Origin: Octopus sinensis | Lineage: Eukaryota | DNA: 64,000 bases | NCBI RefSeq assembly: GCF_006345805.1 | Contig: NC_043004.1 | Location: 59,086,001 to 59,150,000 of the forward strand | Direction of reading: 5' to 3' | In this document: in pieces, positions 51,702 through 64,000 of the stretch | Numbering within the stretch: position 1 is the first letter of the stretch | How the letters are laid out: each line of letters begins with the position of its first letter | Notes under the pieces: generated by a model | The model's database searches: none | What the model was told of the DNA's origin: nothing | The model's input: the letters and a program-made list of their open reading frames with translations, nothing else | Position numbers and translations under genes: made by a program

Positions 51702-52209
51702 GACGTCACTGAAGTGACCAAGGGTACTAGTCAGCACCAGCGTCGTTGCTAGAAATGAGCGTCAAAACAACTCTTGGCCACGTAAGAGCACTTTTGTATC
51801 GACTGAGAAAGTGCTTTCACGTGGCTAAGAGTTGTTTTGACTTAGTCACTTTAGCAACTTTGTGATGACCATATTTCTGACTTTCTATTCTAAATTGCAA
51901 ATAGCCACCTTAATTATTTATAATTCTCACTTTACGATTTTCAGAATCAGTCAACGTTTCCATAGGTGTTCTCTGTAAGACTAACAAGGTGAGTTAAGCT
52001 TTTAAAGCTCTCTCATGAAGTAATGCATCAGTGATGAACATTGATTAAATCTGAAATCGTCGATATTTTAACTCCATTTCTCTTGCCTGTTATAGATTGC
52101 CTCCCTTGTGAGTCGTTAGAAAAGTGCCCCCACGTGGCTAAGAGTTGCTTTACTCTCATTTCTAGCAATGCCGGTACCGAACAGCACACTCAGTCACTTT
52201 AGTGACGAC
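51702..52209. mobile_element. MITE-like element with about 100-bp imperfect terminal inverted repeats
   Basis: 51705-51803 is the inverse of 52112-52206; both ends begin with the palindrome GTCACT-nn-AGTGAC. Confidence 0.6.
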
Positions 52210-52216
52210 TATATTT

Positions 52217-52284
<68 letters not shown>

Positions 52285-52568
52285 ATATAAATAAGACAAG
52301 AAATAATTATTGTTTCTTTTTATAGAAAGAAAGAAAGGTTTATAGAACTGTAAAAAGTGCTCAAATGAAATAGAGACGGAAACAAAAATTATTGATTAGA
52401 GAACAGACATCAAATCCGGGCCGCTGACTTTATATAACACCACGCTTCCATTCATTTCATCATATATAAACATTACCATGCCATTCAACATATACAAGGA
52501 ATAATATATAAAAGCATATATATATATATATTAGAAGGTTTGGAGATGATGTGCATGTATTATATATA

Positions 52569-52785
52569 AGAAGAAATGAGGTACTCAGAAATCTGGATGG
52601 TTTTATATTTACAGATATTTATGAGTATATTACATGTTTTTTATAAATCATATATTAGCGCTTCCGTAGACTGCACTAGAATGGACGGAAGCGCTAATGT
52701 ATGATATATGATATATAAAAACATGTAACATACTAATAAATATATGTAAATTTAAAACCATCTAGATTTCTGAGTACCTCATTTC

Positions 52786-52789
<4 letters not shown>
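52569..52789. repeat. About 220-bp imperfect foldback flanked by (TA)n
   Basis: AGAAGAAATGAGGTACTCAGAAATC...AGCGCTTCCGT [17-nt loop] ACGGAAGCGCT...GATTTCTGAGTACCTCATTTCTTCT. Confidence 0.9.
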
Positions 52790-52827
<38 letters not shown>

Positions 52828-52863
52828 CACTAAAAAATAAGCAACAAGAATGACTCTGGTGAT

Positions 52864-52949
52864 TTGGTACAATTGTTTCGCACTACAACATTTTATTAAA
52901 AGCTGTAAGTATTACAGCAGATTTAAGATGCTGAGTACTCTTCAGCCAA
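52864..52949 (-). ncRNA. Type-I hammerhead, canonical core, enlarged stem II insert
   Basis: Minus strand TTGG CTGAAGA GTACT...AGTGC GAA ACAATTGT A CCAA; palindromic stem III; predicted cut between 52868 and 52867. Confidence 0.8.
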
Positions 52950-53443
52950 TTATATAGGTTTGCCAATAATATAAAAGCTTTCAAATCAAGTAGTAACATT
53001 TTAGAGAAGGTAAATATACAGATAAAGATGTAGATTTAAATTTTAGGAACATATGAGGTTGTGAAGTTCAGTTGCTAACTGACCAAAACTCTGGTTATAT
53101 CTGACTGCTATAAGAATTTTTTAGTTTTAGTATGAGGGTAAGGGAAGATCTCAGAATACCATAAAAGGAATTCAAGTTGGTTGTAGAAATGAGGGTAAGG
53201 AAGGTTTCAGAATACCATAAAGGAATTCAAGTTGAATCGGATGGAACTGTTGACAATGTCAACAAGTAACGTTCCCAAATAGCATAAACATCGACGAGGA
53301 AGACCTTTATCTGTATATTTACCTTCTCTAAAATGTTACTACTTGATTTGAAAGCTTTTATATTATTGGCAAACCTATGTAATTGGCTGAAGAGTACTCA
53401 GCATCTTAAATCTGCTGTAATACTTACAGCTTTTAATAAAATG
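52889..53443. repeat. 139-bp inverted repeat with a 277-bp spacer
   Basis: 52889-53027 versus 53305-53443 with one mismatch; the spacer holds a 45-47-bp direct duplication (53133-53179 and 53190-53234). Confidence 0.93.
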
Positions 53444-55650
53444 ACACAGAACATGACACAGAACACAAAAATAACATAACGAAGAAAATTATTGACACCA
53501 CTACGAATGTATACAGAAAATTATACACAAATTGTGAAAGAGTAAACTTGGAAGCTTGAGTAATAGCAAATAAAATTAATAAACGCTCATATTCAGCTCT
53601 TGGATATTTGTAAAAATCCACCTTAAAATCTAAGCGCGCGCGTATATATACATACATATATTTATTCATAGGCATGTGTTTGTATATATATATATATTTA
53701 TATATATAAGGTATGTATACATACACACATATATAGTTTTATGTGTTTTTGTGATTGAGTTTCTATTTGCTCGTAATTTAAAAAAAAAATCATAATTTTG
53801 AAAAAACTTTTCATGTGACGTTAGTTCCCCATATTATATTTTCCTCTATATAAAATCGTTTATGTGTCTGTCGATATAAAATTTAATGATATTTAAACCA
53901 TGTTTGTTTAAATACTCCAGTAGAAATTGTTTATGAATAACTATTTCTGCTCTGATCTGTATATTATAAAAAGTTCACCTATTTAGATAAACCCAAACTT
54001 TTAATACATACAGATTTCGAAGCGAAAAGTAATAACGGGATTTAGAATGGAAGAGATTATATGTGATGTATTTATATCACCTAAACTCAACTTTAAAATG
54101 AATTGAGTATGAATGTCAATGTGGCCTTTCAGTTTGCAAAAAATAGCAGCTAATTCTTCTTCAAATTCCACCACTAAACACTATTAAAAAACGAAGTAAT
54201 ACAATAGGTAATGCAGGTATAGGTACAGAATGTTTGAGTAACCGACAGTTTCGTAACAAATAGAAGTCGTTTTGATATAAACCTATGAGATCAGAGTTGA
54301 TATTGTGTTAAAAATCGTCAATAAGAGCATATCAAGTTGGAAACGACCAGGGAACGTCTAGGTGATAGTTTGATTCAAGGAAATAGCCGAACACTACCAG
54401 ATTAAAAATGCAAAACTCTCTGCATAAAATATTCCTAGACATTGTCTTGGAGGAGAGATACCAAGCCGAGTGTTCAAGAGTTTTGTGGAGTAAGGAGTTA
54501 CGTGTTTATTACCATTTCTACGCCTACCGCGCATAATGCGGCAGAATCTTTTCAGGGTCCAAGTTATTGCTTAAATAGTCAAGATAATCCTTTAACTAAC
54601 TCATACTAGATTCGAAAAAATCTAGCCCCTAAGCATGTGTCACACAGGCCCTTCGGGTTGTGGATATCTTCTGGTATTACATGAATTATTCTCGTTTCCC
54701 TAAGTGTTAATCAGGCTCAGTACTTCAAGGTTAATTTATGGGAGCAGTAGAGTAATATAGTAAACTTCAAATAAACTAACAGAAGATTAACGGGAAGCCA
54801 CTTTTGAATCTTTCCCGTGAAAATAATCGTGAATATTTACACCTTGGCATGGAGATCCGTGATAACCGACGCTTGTCACATCAAAACAGATTGTCGTAGA
54901 GAAACCAACTGGGGCAGTAACGTCTGAAAGACTTTTGATCATTACCTTATAAGGTCAAAACTAATCTGGAGACATTTACCATGACGACAAAAAATATATT
55001 TAGAAGCTACGCAAGAGCCTGTAGAAGGTTACCTACATTCCTAGAAATAGACGCTAACGCTCCCTTATACTAATATTAATTTAAAACCAGGGAAAGGCAA
55101 GTTGAACAATGTAGTATGTGTATATGCAAATAGAAAAGATGGTCACTGTTGGAATGTTTTGATAATAGCTTAGTTCGATTAATGTTTTAGTTGCAACAGA
55201 ATAAAGCAAGAATGAATTATTAAGTGTTGATTATGTAGCTTTAGAGGAAGAACAATGCGTAAGTAATGCTAACAAGCTGGCCTCTAGAGAAGGGCATCTA
55301 TTGCTTTGCTTATAATACTCTATAAAACGAAGATAAAAATCCATTCTAGCTGTGACCACCACGTTTAGATATAGACGTTCCACATAAATCCAGAGTGTCT
55401 CTTCATTTTTCTTAAAGACCGTTCGTTGTTCTTTAGAGCTTTAGTTTCGTATCGTCATGATGTTCAAGTCATACAAGAATAATGGCTCTAACAGTGAAGC
55501 TGTGATTTAAGGGAGATTTGGTTACAATTTGTTGCAGGTTATTTTGTTTAGTAATTTGTAAAATTGGTACTGCTGGGTATTAAACGTGGTGATGGTAGTG
55601 AAGGTGGTGCAGAAGTCCCCGGAAGTTTAGTCTATTATATTTCCTTACTA

Positions 55651-55750
55651 NNNNNNNNNNNNNNNNNNNNNNNNNNNNNNNNNNNNNNNNNNNNNNNNNN
55701 NNNNNNNNNNNNNNNNNNNNNNNNNNNNNNNNNNNNNNNNNNNNNNNNNN
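55651..55750. other. Assembly gap (100 N)
   Basis: Run of exactly 100 N. Confidence 0.99.
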
Positions 55751-56113
55751 GTTCAGGGTTCAGTCCCACTGCGTGGCATCTTGGGCAAGTGTTTCTGCTA
55801 TAGCCCCGGCCCGACGAAAGCCTTGTGAGTGGATTTGGTGACGGAAACTGAAAGAAGCCTGTCGTATATATGTATATATGTGTGTGTGTGTATATGTTTG
55901 TGTGTCTGTGTTTGTCCCCCTAGCATTGCTTGACAACCGATGCTAGTGTGTTTACGTCCCCGTCACTTAGCGGTTCGGCATAATAGACCGATAGAATAAG
56001 TACTAGGCTTACAAAGAATAAGTCCCGGGGTCGATTTGCTCGACTAAAGGCGGTGCTCCAGCATGGCCGCAGTCAAATGACTGAAACAAGTAAAAGAGTA
56101 AAGAGTAAAAGAG
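55751..56113 (+). mobile_element. SINE family A (head lost in the gap)
   Basis: Highly similar to the 12341 copy from the B-box to the TAAAAGAG tail. Confidence 0.92.
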
Positions 56114-56319
56114 TATCATATATGTCACTTATTCCCAAATTCTTTCAACCATTAGAATAGTTTAGGACTTACGGAAAAAAAGTTTTTTTATCACTGAGAA
56201 CGAAGGAAACAGGGACTAAAAATTAGTAAAAAAAAATCAACCATGGACATTTAGGTCAAACCTGTTAAAATAATTTGTGTAAGCAAAGGGTTAATTGATA
56301 ATTACAATAATAATAATAA

Positions 56320-56540
56320 TAAATGCGCCCTTTTAAGTTTTCCGGTTTCTATGGCGTATGTGTTCCCCAGCTGGACGGGATGCCATACCATCGCAGCGTT
56401 ACTCATTTTTGCCAGCTGAGTGGACTGGAGCAACGAGAAATGAAGTGTTTTGCTCAAGAACACTACGCGTCGCCCGGTCCAGGAATCGAAACCACAATAT
56501 TGCGATCGCGGTGCTGGTGCTCTAACCACTAAGCCACACG
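56320..56540 (-). mobile_element. tRNA-derived SINE family D with a (TTA)n tail
   Basis: Minus strand GTGGCTTAGTGGTTAGAG...GGTTTCGATTCC head, GTTCTTGAGCAAAACACTT...CCACTCAGCTG body, ending in TTA repeats. Confidence 0.8.
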
Positions 56541-57782
56541 ACTATACTAATTACAATAATAGCATACATAAATCACAAACTGATTGCCAGCCAGCCACAT
56601 AGTTTGGCCTGTATAGTGAACCACTATATGTCCCCAATAAATTTTCATTACCAGTTGACAGAAAAAATTTGCTATGAAATCGCTTTTTCTATAACAAACA
56701 TATAACAAACACATAATAAATATAATCTTTAATGTATGCATTATTTTAAGCAACCACACATCAGTTCCACGTGCACACGTTAATTTTTTTGTGTGTTTGT
56801 AGCAAAATTTGTGTGTGCTCATGAAACCAGCTTAGACGTTTAAAGTGTAGGGGAGATGGTGATGGTGGCATTGTTGTTTGTTACGTAAGCAGTATTGGTA
56901 GTTGATTATGTGGTGGTTCAGTAGTTGTTGTTAATACATTAATCGTGCGGTAATGTTCGTGATGTTGTTGGTATTGAATATTGAGCTGCTGGCGGCATTG
57001 TGCCTCTGATGGTGACAACGGAGTCGGCTGTAGTAGTTTTGTGATTGCGTTCGTTTTGAACATGTCATCGTTGCCGTTTTTATTGATAGCGTTGGTTGTT
57101 GTACTTCGCGATAGATGTAGCGGTGTTGGTAACAACGATATTAATAAGAACAACACGATGAACAATGTTAATTGAGTTTCTTCAATATGCGAAAATGAAC
57201 ACAATGAATTAGAATACACAATAGACTTCATACATATCTATACAGAGTCGATTTCTCGTACTTCATATACGTACGGAAATACGCCTATACATGCACATGG
57301 ATAACATACACACAAGCATTAATTCAGCGACGTCGTACATTACTATACATGCTCAAATAACTGCAACAAATTCAACAATAAGAAAGCACAACTTAGATAC
57401 ACTTTTAGACGATTTCATAAATATTTATTTATAAATATGCGTGTATATTTGCACTAGTACCGGTACACACATAAGCAAACACATATTAATACCCAAAATG
57501 CACGCGCCTGCACGCAAACAGTCAAATATACATACATGCACATATTTATTTATGTATATTATGTGTATCATTCTCTATGTATCACTAACATGAAAGGAAA
57601 TCTACCTCAAACTATAAATAATTTTCGGGTACACACAGACACACACACTCACACACTTATGTATATATAGATGTACGTATCCATGTATGTATGCATGTAT
57701 GTATTTATACATATATTATCAATATGTAGGTATGTATATACACAAAATCACACACATGTATGTGTATGTGTGTATGTATGTA

Positions 57783-57835
<53 letters not shown>

Positions 57836-58371
57836 TTGTTCGCGTGCTTGTATGAGAATTTGAGCGTCTATATAAATATCTACATAAGTGTAGGTGTGAG
57901 TTTGCGTATGAAGCTCAGAGAAATTACTAAATTAGATGTAGGCTACAAAGGTAGAAACATTGTATGAACACCGATGTAGAGATATACAATACTGTATGTA
58001 TAATTAAAACAGTACAGAGGTATCCATATTTGATGAGGCTTGATGATGTATTCTTTTGTCTTATAATGAAGGAGACACAACTTAACAACGATCGGCTTCT
58101 ACAGCAGATGTAGGAGCACACATAGGTATATATATTACAAATGAACATAAACATGCATACACATGATCATACATTAGGAATGGTTTTGTTCCTCAGGCGA
58201 CACAGGAACAAAAGATATGAATTAATAAACGATGCAAAGGTACCTTCTGTTGGACCGAATGCTAATTTATGAACGGTGTAAAAATGTTGGAAATAAGCAA
58301 AGAGAAACACCACCAAACAAACAAGAGCGAAAGAATTAAATAAAGAAGTAAACAAATTTTCATATGAACAT

Positions 58372-58768
58372 TACTCTTTTACTCTTTTACTTGTTTCAGT
58401 CATTTGACTGCGGCCATGCTGGAGCACCGCTTTATCGAGCAATCGACCCCGGACTTATTCTTTTGTAAGCCCAGTACTTTATTCTATCGTCTCTTTTGCC
58501 GAACCGCTAAGTAACGGGGACATAACACACCAGCATCGTTGTAAAGCAATGCTAGGGGACAAGCACAGACACACAAACACACACAGGCATATATATATAT
58601 ATATGTATACGACGGGCTTCTTTCAGTTTCCGTCTACCAAATCCACTCACAAGGCTTTGGTCGGCTTGAGGCTACAGTAGAAGACACTTGCCCAAGGTGC
58701 CACGCAGTGGGACTGAACCCGGAACCATGTGGTTGGTAGACAAGCTACTTACCACACAGCCACTCCAG
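58372..58768 (-). mobile_element. SINE family A, full length
   Basis: Reverse complement of the 12341 copy, with several single-base deletions. Confidence 0.9.
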
Positions 58769-59234
58769 GACCTATATATACATAAAACTAAAACAAATCT
58801 TCCCTCACTCGCCCCTCTCTGTCTCTATCTTTCTTTCTCTCTCTCCCACTCTCTCTCACATACACAGTCTCTCTCTCTACACACTCTCGAGTACCTTCGA
58901 AGACTGGCCTGACAGTAAGGCGTCACTAGTTTCCTGACCAGCCAAGCTGTCTAAGAAATTTTCCTTTTCCATGCATCTGGTGTCACTAGAGTATTGATCT
59001 CACCGATATGACGCGCATTGACCAATGGTAGCTTAGTTTCCGGTAGCTATCTTGAATTTCCTCTATACTTCCATTCAGTTAACTGTGCCTGATGAGCTAG
59101 GTTTATGAAAGAAGCCTGTAAAACTTGGGACCGAATGCAACTGTTTTATAGACTATCTGTAGCCCCTACTAAATGTGTCGAGTACCTCTTTCTTCCCATT
59201 CACGCGTACACACACACACGCACACACAAACACT

Positions 59235-59273
<39 letters not shown>

Positions 59274-59755
59274 AAACACACGAGAGCGCATGTGCGTGAT
59301 AAGCTATTCGTAAGTGCTTTATATATTTTCTTTGGCGGTTTTTCCCAGTGCTTAGTTCCCGAAAACAAGAAATGGCTAAACTCTGCAGTAACTGTCGGGA
59401 AACAGGTCACTGAACGCAGCGCAGAAAACTAAGAAAAATGATAAAAAAAACACTCACAAAACGCACAAAGCACTTCCCAATACGCATCCACAGACATATA
59501 CACACATATATACCTTAACAGCTGTCTTCTCATACGCATTCCTCAGAATTTTACGTTAACGTTGATCAGAGTGGATGTAGCTGTTTATCGAAAACTTTGA
59601 ATTTACACATCCAGGTGTGACGTATTAGCTGTCATATTCATAAATAACACTGACTCCGAGATAGTGAATTCTATTTTATTCTTCTTGTCAGCATTTATGT
59701 AATCAATATACACAAACGTAAAGACATACAAACATACAAAGTATACCTGCTTGTA

Positions 59756-59855
<100 letters not shown>

Positions 59856-59966
59856 CATAGACATACAGACTCATACGCACGCACATTCGATATTGATCCA
59901 GAGACAAATGGACGGCCCAAAATATACATTTTCGCATGTATATTTAACCAATATGGCATGCCGGCT

Positions 59967-60031
<65 letters not shown>

Positions 60032-60129
60032 TAAGCAATAAGGGTTTAGCAACGAGTTGCCTTACCACATACCGAATTTAGAAATAGCAGTCAAGGGTTA
60101 TAGCTATTCTTCTACTATATATATAATAT

Positions 60130-60186
<57 letters not shown>

Positions 60187-60429
60187 TGTGTGTGAGTATG
60201 AATATACATATATTCGTGTATGCACATACTATTAGGCGTGGTTGCGTGGTAAGAGGCTTGCTTCCCAACCATATGGTTCGGAGTTCAGTCCCACTGACTG
60301 GCAACTTGGGAAAGTGTCTTGTACTTTGGTCAGCCCGACCAAATCCTTGTGACTAGATTTGATAGGCGGAAACTGAAAGACTGAAAGGAGCTCGTCGTGT
60401 GTGGAGTGGACTTGCGCGGAGAAGTATTG

Positions 60430-60840
60430 CTATAGCAACCAGCTAACTTCCTGTTACTCTCTTATATTGATGATCTTTGAGGATGCCCTCAAAGATTCTA
60501 AGGTTGCCCCTGTTCCGCTATGTTGCCTTGATGTGCTCTGTGAACTCCCGAGTCTGGCATTTCCGCAGATGTTTCTTCACGGAAGTGTCTGCCTGAATGT
60601 GTTCCTTAATGCGTGTGTCGCAGTCTTCTTGTGCTTCCTATGTAGGATGTTCCAGATTTGCCACAGACGATCTCATGTACAACATGGGCCTTTTGGCTCT
60701 ATTAAGGGTCATTGATGGGCAAGTTCATCGATATGCACTCCTCCGAGTAGTGAGCGGTGTTGCTCTTGGAAAAGATCAGTCCATTTTTTTGTTTTCTTGT
60801 GATTTATCTTGCATTTACTTCGCATTGGTTTGGACTTACT
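60430..60840 (-). mobile_element. Penelope-like GIY-YIG endonuclease fragment
   Basis: Minus strand HVVHEIVCGKSGTSYIGSTRR (60621-60689), then RIKEH after a frameshift. Confidence 0.7.
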
Positions 60841-61098
60841 CATGATCCTTTATACAATATATTCTACACAATGCTTCAGTAAATATTCCATTATAATATA
60901 CATATATATATATACTTACATGCACATATATACGTATAAATACTGATAGCTACGTACATACATATTATATATGTATGATAGATCGTCGCCATGATAGATC
61001 GTTAGCCAATACGCACATGTTTTCTCTCCTTGTTTCTCTCTCCTTTTTTTTCGCTCCTCTTTTTCTCACCTTGTTTCTCTCCTTGTTTTTTTTTCTGT

Positions 61099-61140
61099 GT
61101 CCCTTTCTGTAGAAGAGCGTAGGCTCGAAACGTAAAAGAC
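61099..61140 (+). ncRNA. Hammerhead-like motif (GAGC-GTAG-GCTC family), best-preserved copy
   Basis: CTTT CTGTAGAA GAGC-GTAG-GCTC GAA ACGT A AAAG. Confidence 0.6.
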
Positions 61141-61600
61141 TTTTATACTAATACATCTGTTTGTTTTGTACACCACCTGTCTTCGTTTTTTGTTTCATTT
61201 CGTAAACTCTCCCTATATATATAGTTTATGTATATATATGTGTGTATGTGTGTCTCCGTATCTATCTGTGTCTTTCTGTGTTTGTCCCACTGCCACTGTT
61301 GACAACCGGTGCTGGTATGTCTACCTCTCCAGGCTTTTGAAAATAATACTGGGGTCGATATATTCGACGAAAAATTCTTGAAGGCGGTGCCCCGGCTTGG
61401 CCACAGTCTAATGAATGAAACAAGTACAAGATAAAAGATATCAAAATACGTATAAGTATATATATATAAAAGTATATATATATATGTAAATATATAAGTA
61501 TATATATAAATATGGATAGACATATAAATATATATATATTCGCGCGAGCGCACATACACACACGCATGTATATATGTGTTATATATACATACATACATAT

Positions 61601-61635
<35 letters not shown>

Positions 61636-62199
61636 TAGATATATATATGCCTTCGTCTTTTTGTTTATTTCATAAAGCTTCCCGTTACATACATACATAC
61701 GTACATACATACATACATACATATACTTATTCAGTAAACATTTGTATAGTTTACTGAATGTAAAATAGCAAAAGAATTTTAATGCACAGAGAATTACTTG
61801 CATAATTAATATTTATATATATATTGAGAAAATAATGGAGTATGTACAAATTATATAGAATGCATTGTTTATTATTAAGCGTTCTAGAAAAACTGAAATT
61901 GATATGCGTCAATAAGATGAGTGAAAAATTCTTACATTCTAATTCAAGTGTAGATTAATGCGCACATAGACAAACTTACACATATAAATCATACATACAC
62001 GCACGTGCGCGTGCACGCATACACATCCATGCAGCGGAGAGGAGGGGTTATATGTTTTAGGAGGAGTGTGTGTGTAAAGAGAAAAGCAGACATACTTGCA
62101 TACACGACTGTATGTGCTTGTGTATATATACACAAATACATATTTGTTTGCTTGTATATGGGTATATATATATTCTTACAGGCATGTTTATATACATAT

Positions 62200-62905
<706 letters not shown>

Positions 62906-63397
62906 ATAAATGTATTGACTTTATGTATTGTATGTGCGTTTACACACATCAATACTTTGAAAGTCCAATGTAATTTTTGTGCAGTTGTATTCATAGAAAT
63001 GCATCTGTTTTTGATATGCTTTCGTTAATCCATTGTTTACGCTCAAAATCTTCTTTTGTTTATAACAAATATAAATATCGCATAATGCTTGTGGTTTCAT
63101 ACCTGCAAGTAACCCATTCCTGCTCAGTCTTCTCCCACACACTACATTTCTGTGTCAACGCCATCATTCTATCTTTACCTGTGACGAGGCTTGCTTATCT
63201 ATAAGTCTTATTACATTTCCTCCGGATTTGTTTTACGCGAGCATTGTTTCCGTGAGTATGCAGGTATGCATATATGTACTTGCGCATACGTACATACATG
63301 TACTCATATTTATAGACATGCACTATCTATTTCTGTTCATTATTCTCTTTTCATACCTATATATATATATATTATATATATATATATATTATATTAT

Positions 63398-63470
<73 letters not shown>

Positions 63471-64000
63471 CATATGCAGTACGTATGTCTATTCCTTAAA
63501 TGTGGTATATTTTCACATAATCGACCGTATGTCCTAACAAATAAATACTTATATATTCATTTTTCTTAAATCAAATTTCTGTTGTTGTGTTGTTACTTCT
63601 GGTTTACAAACATGGGTTTTTAGAAAGAAATTAATGAAACTGACGTACATATATATCTATAGAAGGAACTTCCTTTTGTATCCTTTATTGTTTTAAGATC
63701 TGTTCTGTTGATATCATGCCGATATCGCACATAGATATTCTTCTAAACATAATTCATTTTATATATTCATGTATACAAATTTACTTCACTTATCCTATTC
63801 CGTTTGCATGTTCGCTCCAGTCGTCATGTACGACTGAGTTTCGGTTCTTAGCTGGTGTCATTGCAATTAATTTAAAATTTTTAATGCCACCAAATACTAG
63901 ACGGCGAATTAGCCAAAGCCCTAGAACTTCAGACCAAATACTTCAACGTACCTTTCGAGTCTGAGGAATCAGCTCAAATCTCACCGAGATCAACATATCT

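Noticed and set aside
54350-54950. Very decayed minus-strand PLE RT (PEDIHNP)
   Set aside because: Motif similarity is too weak to call by eye.

Overview
A repeat-dominated, AT-rich eukaryotic window with no host protein-coding exon that I can support. The SINE families and the density of (TA)n/(TAA)n/(TATG)n arrays suggest an octopus (coleoid cephalopod) genome; this is inference. There is a 100-N gap at 55651-55750, and indels inside homopolymers point to a long-read assembly. Mobile content: one near-complete R4/Dong-type RLE LINE (ORF 15254-18929) plus two decayed copies; a Tx1/L1 element spliced to an RTE RT segment; Penelope-like (PLE) RT and GIY-YIG pieces; three non-autonomous Helitrons; a long-TIR mariner derivative; and about 30 tRNA-derived SINE copies from four families. 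The strongest unexpected signal is RNA structure. About a dozen minimal type-I hammerhead ribozyme motifs from several unrelated sequence families lie next to (TA)n arrays, most with a self-complementary stem III as in PLE hammerheads. They include a 513-bp palindrome carrying an intact hammerhead on each strand, and two motifs whose position 3-8 tertiary pair is swapped compensatorily (U3-A8 and A3-U8 instead of C3-G8). All folds and translations were read by eye, none was computed, and SINE/LINE boundaries are approximate.
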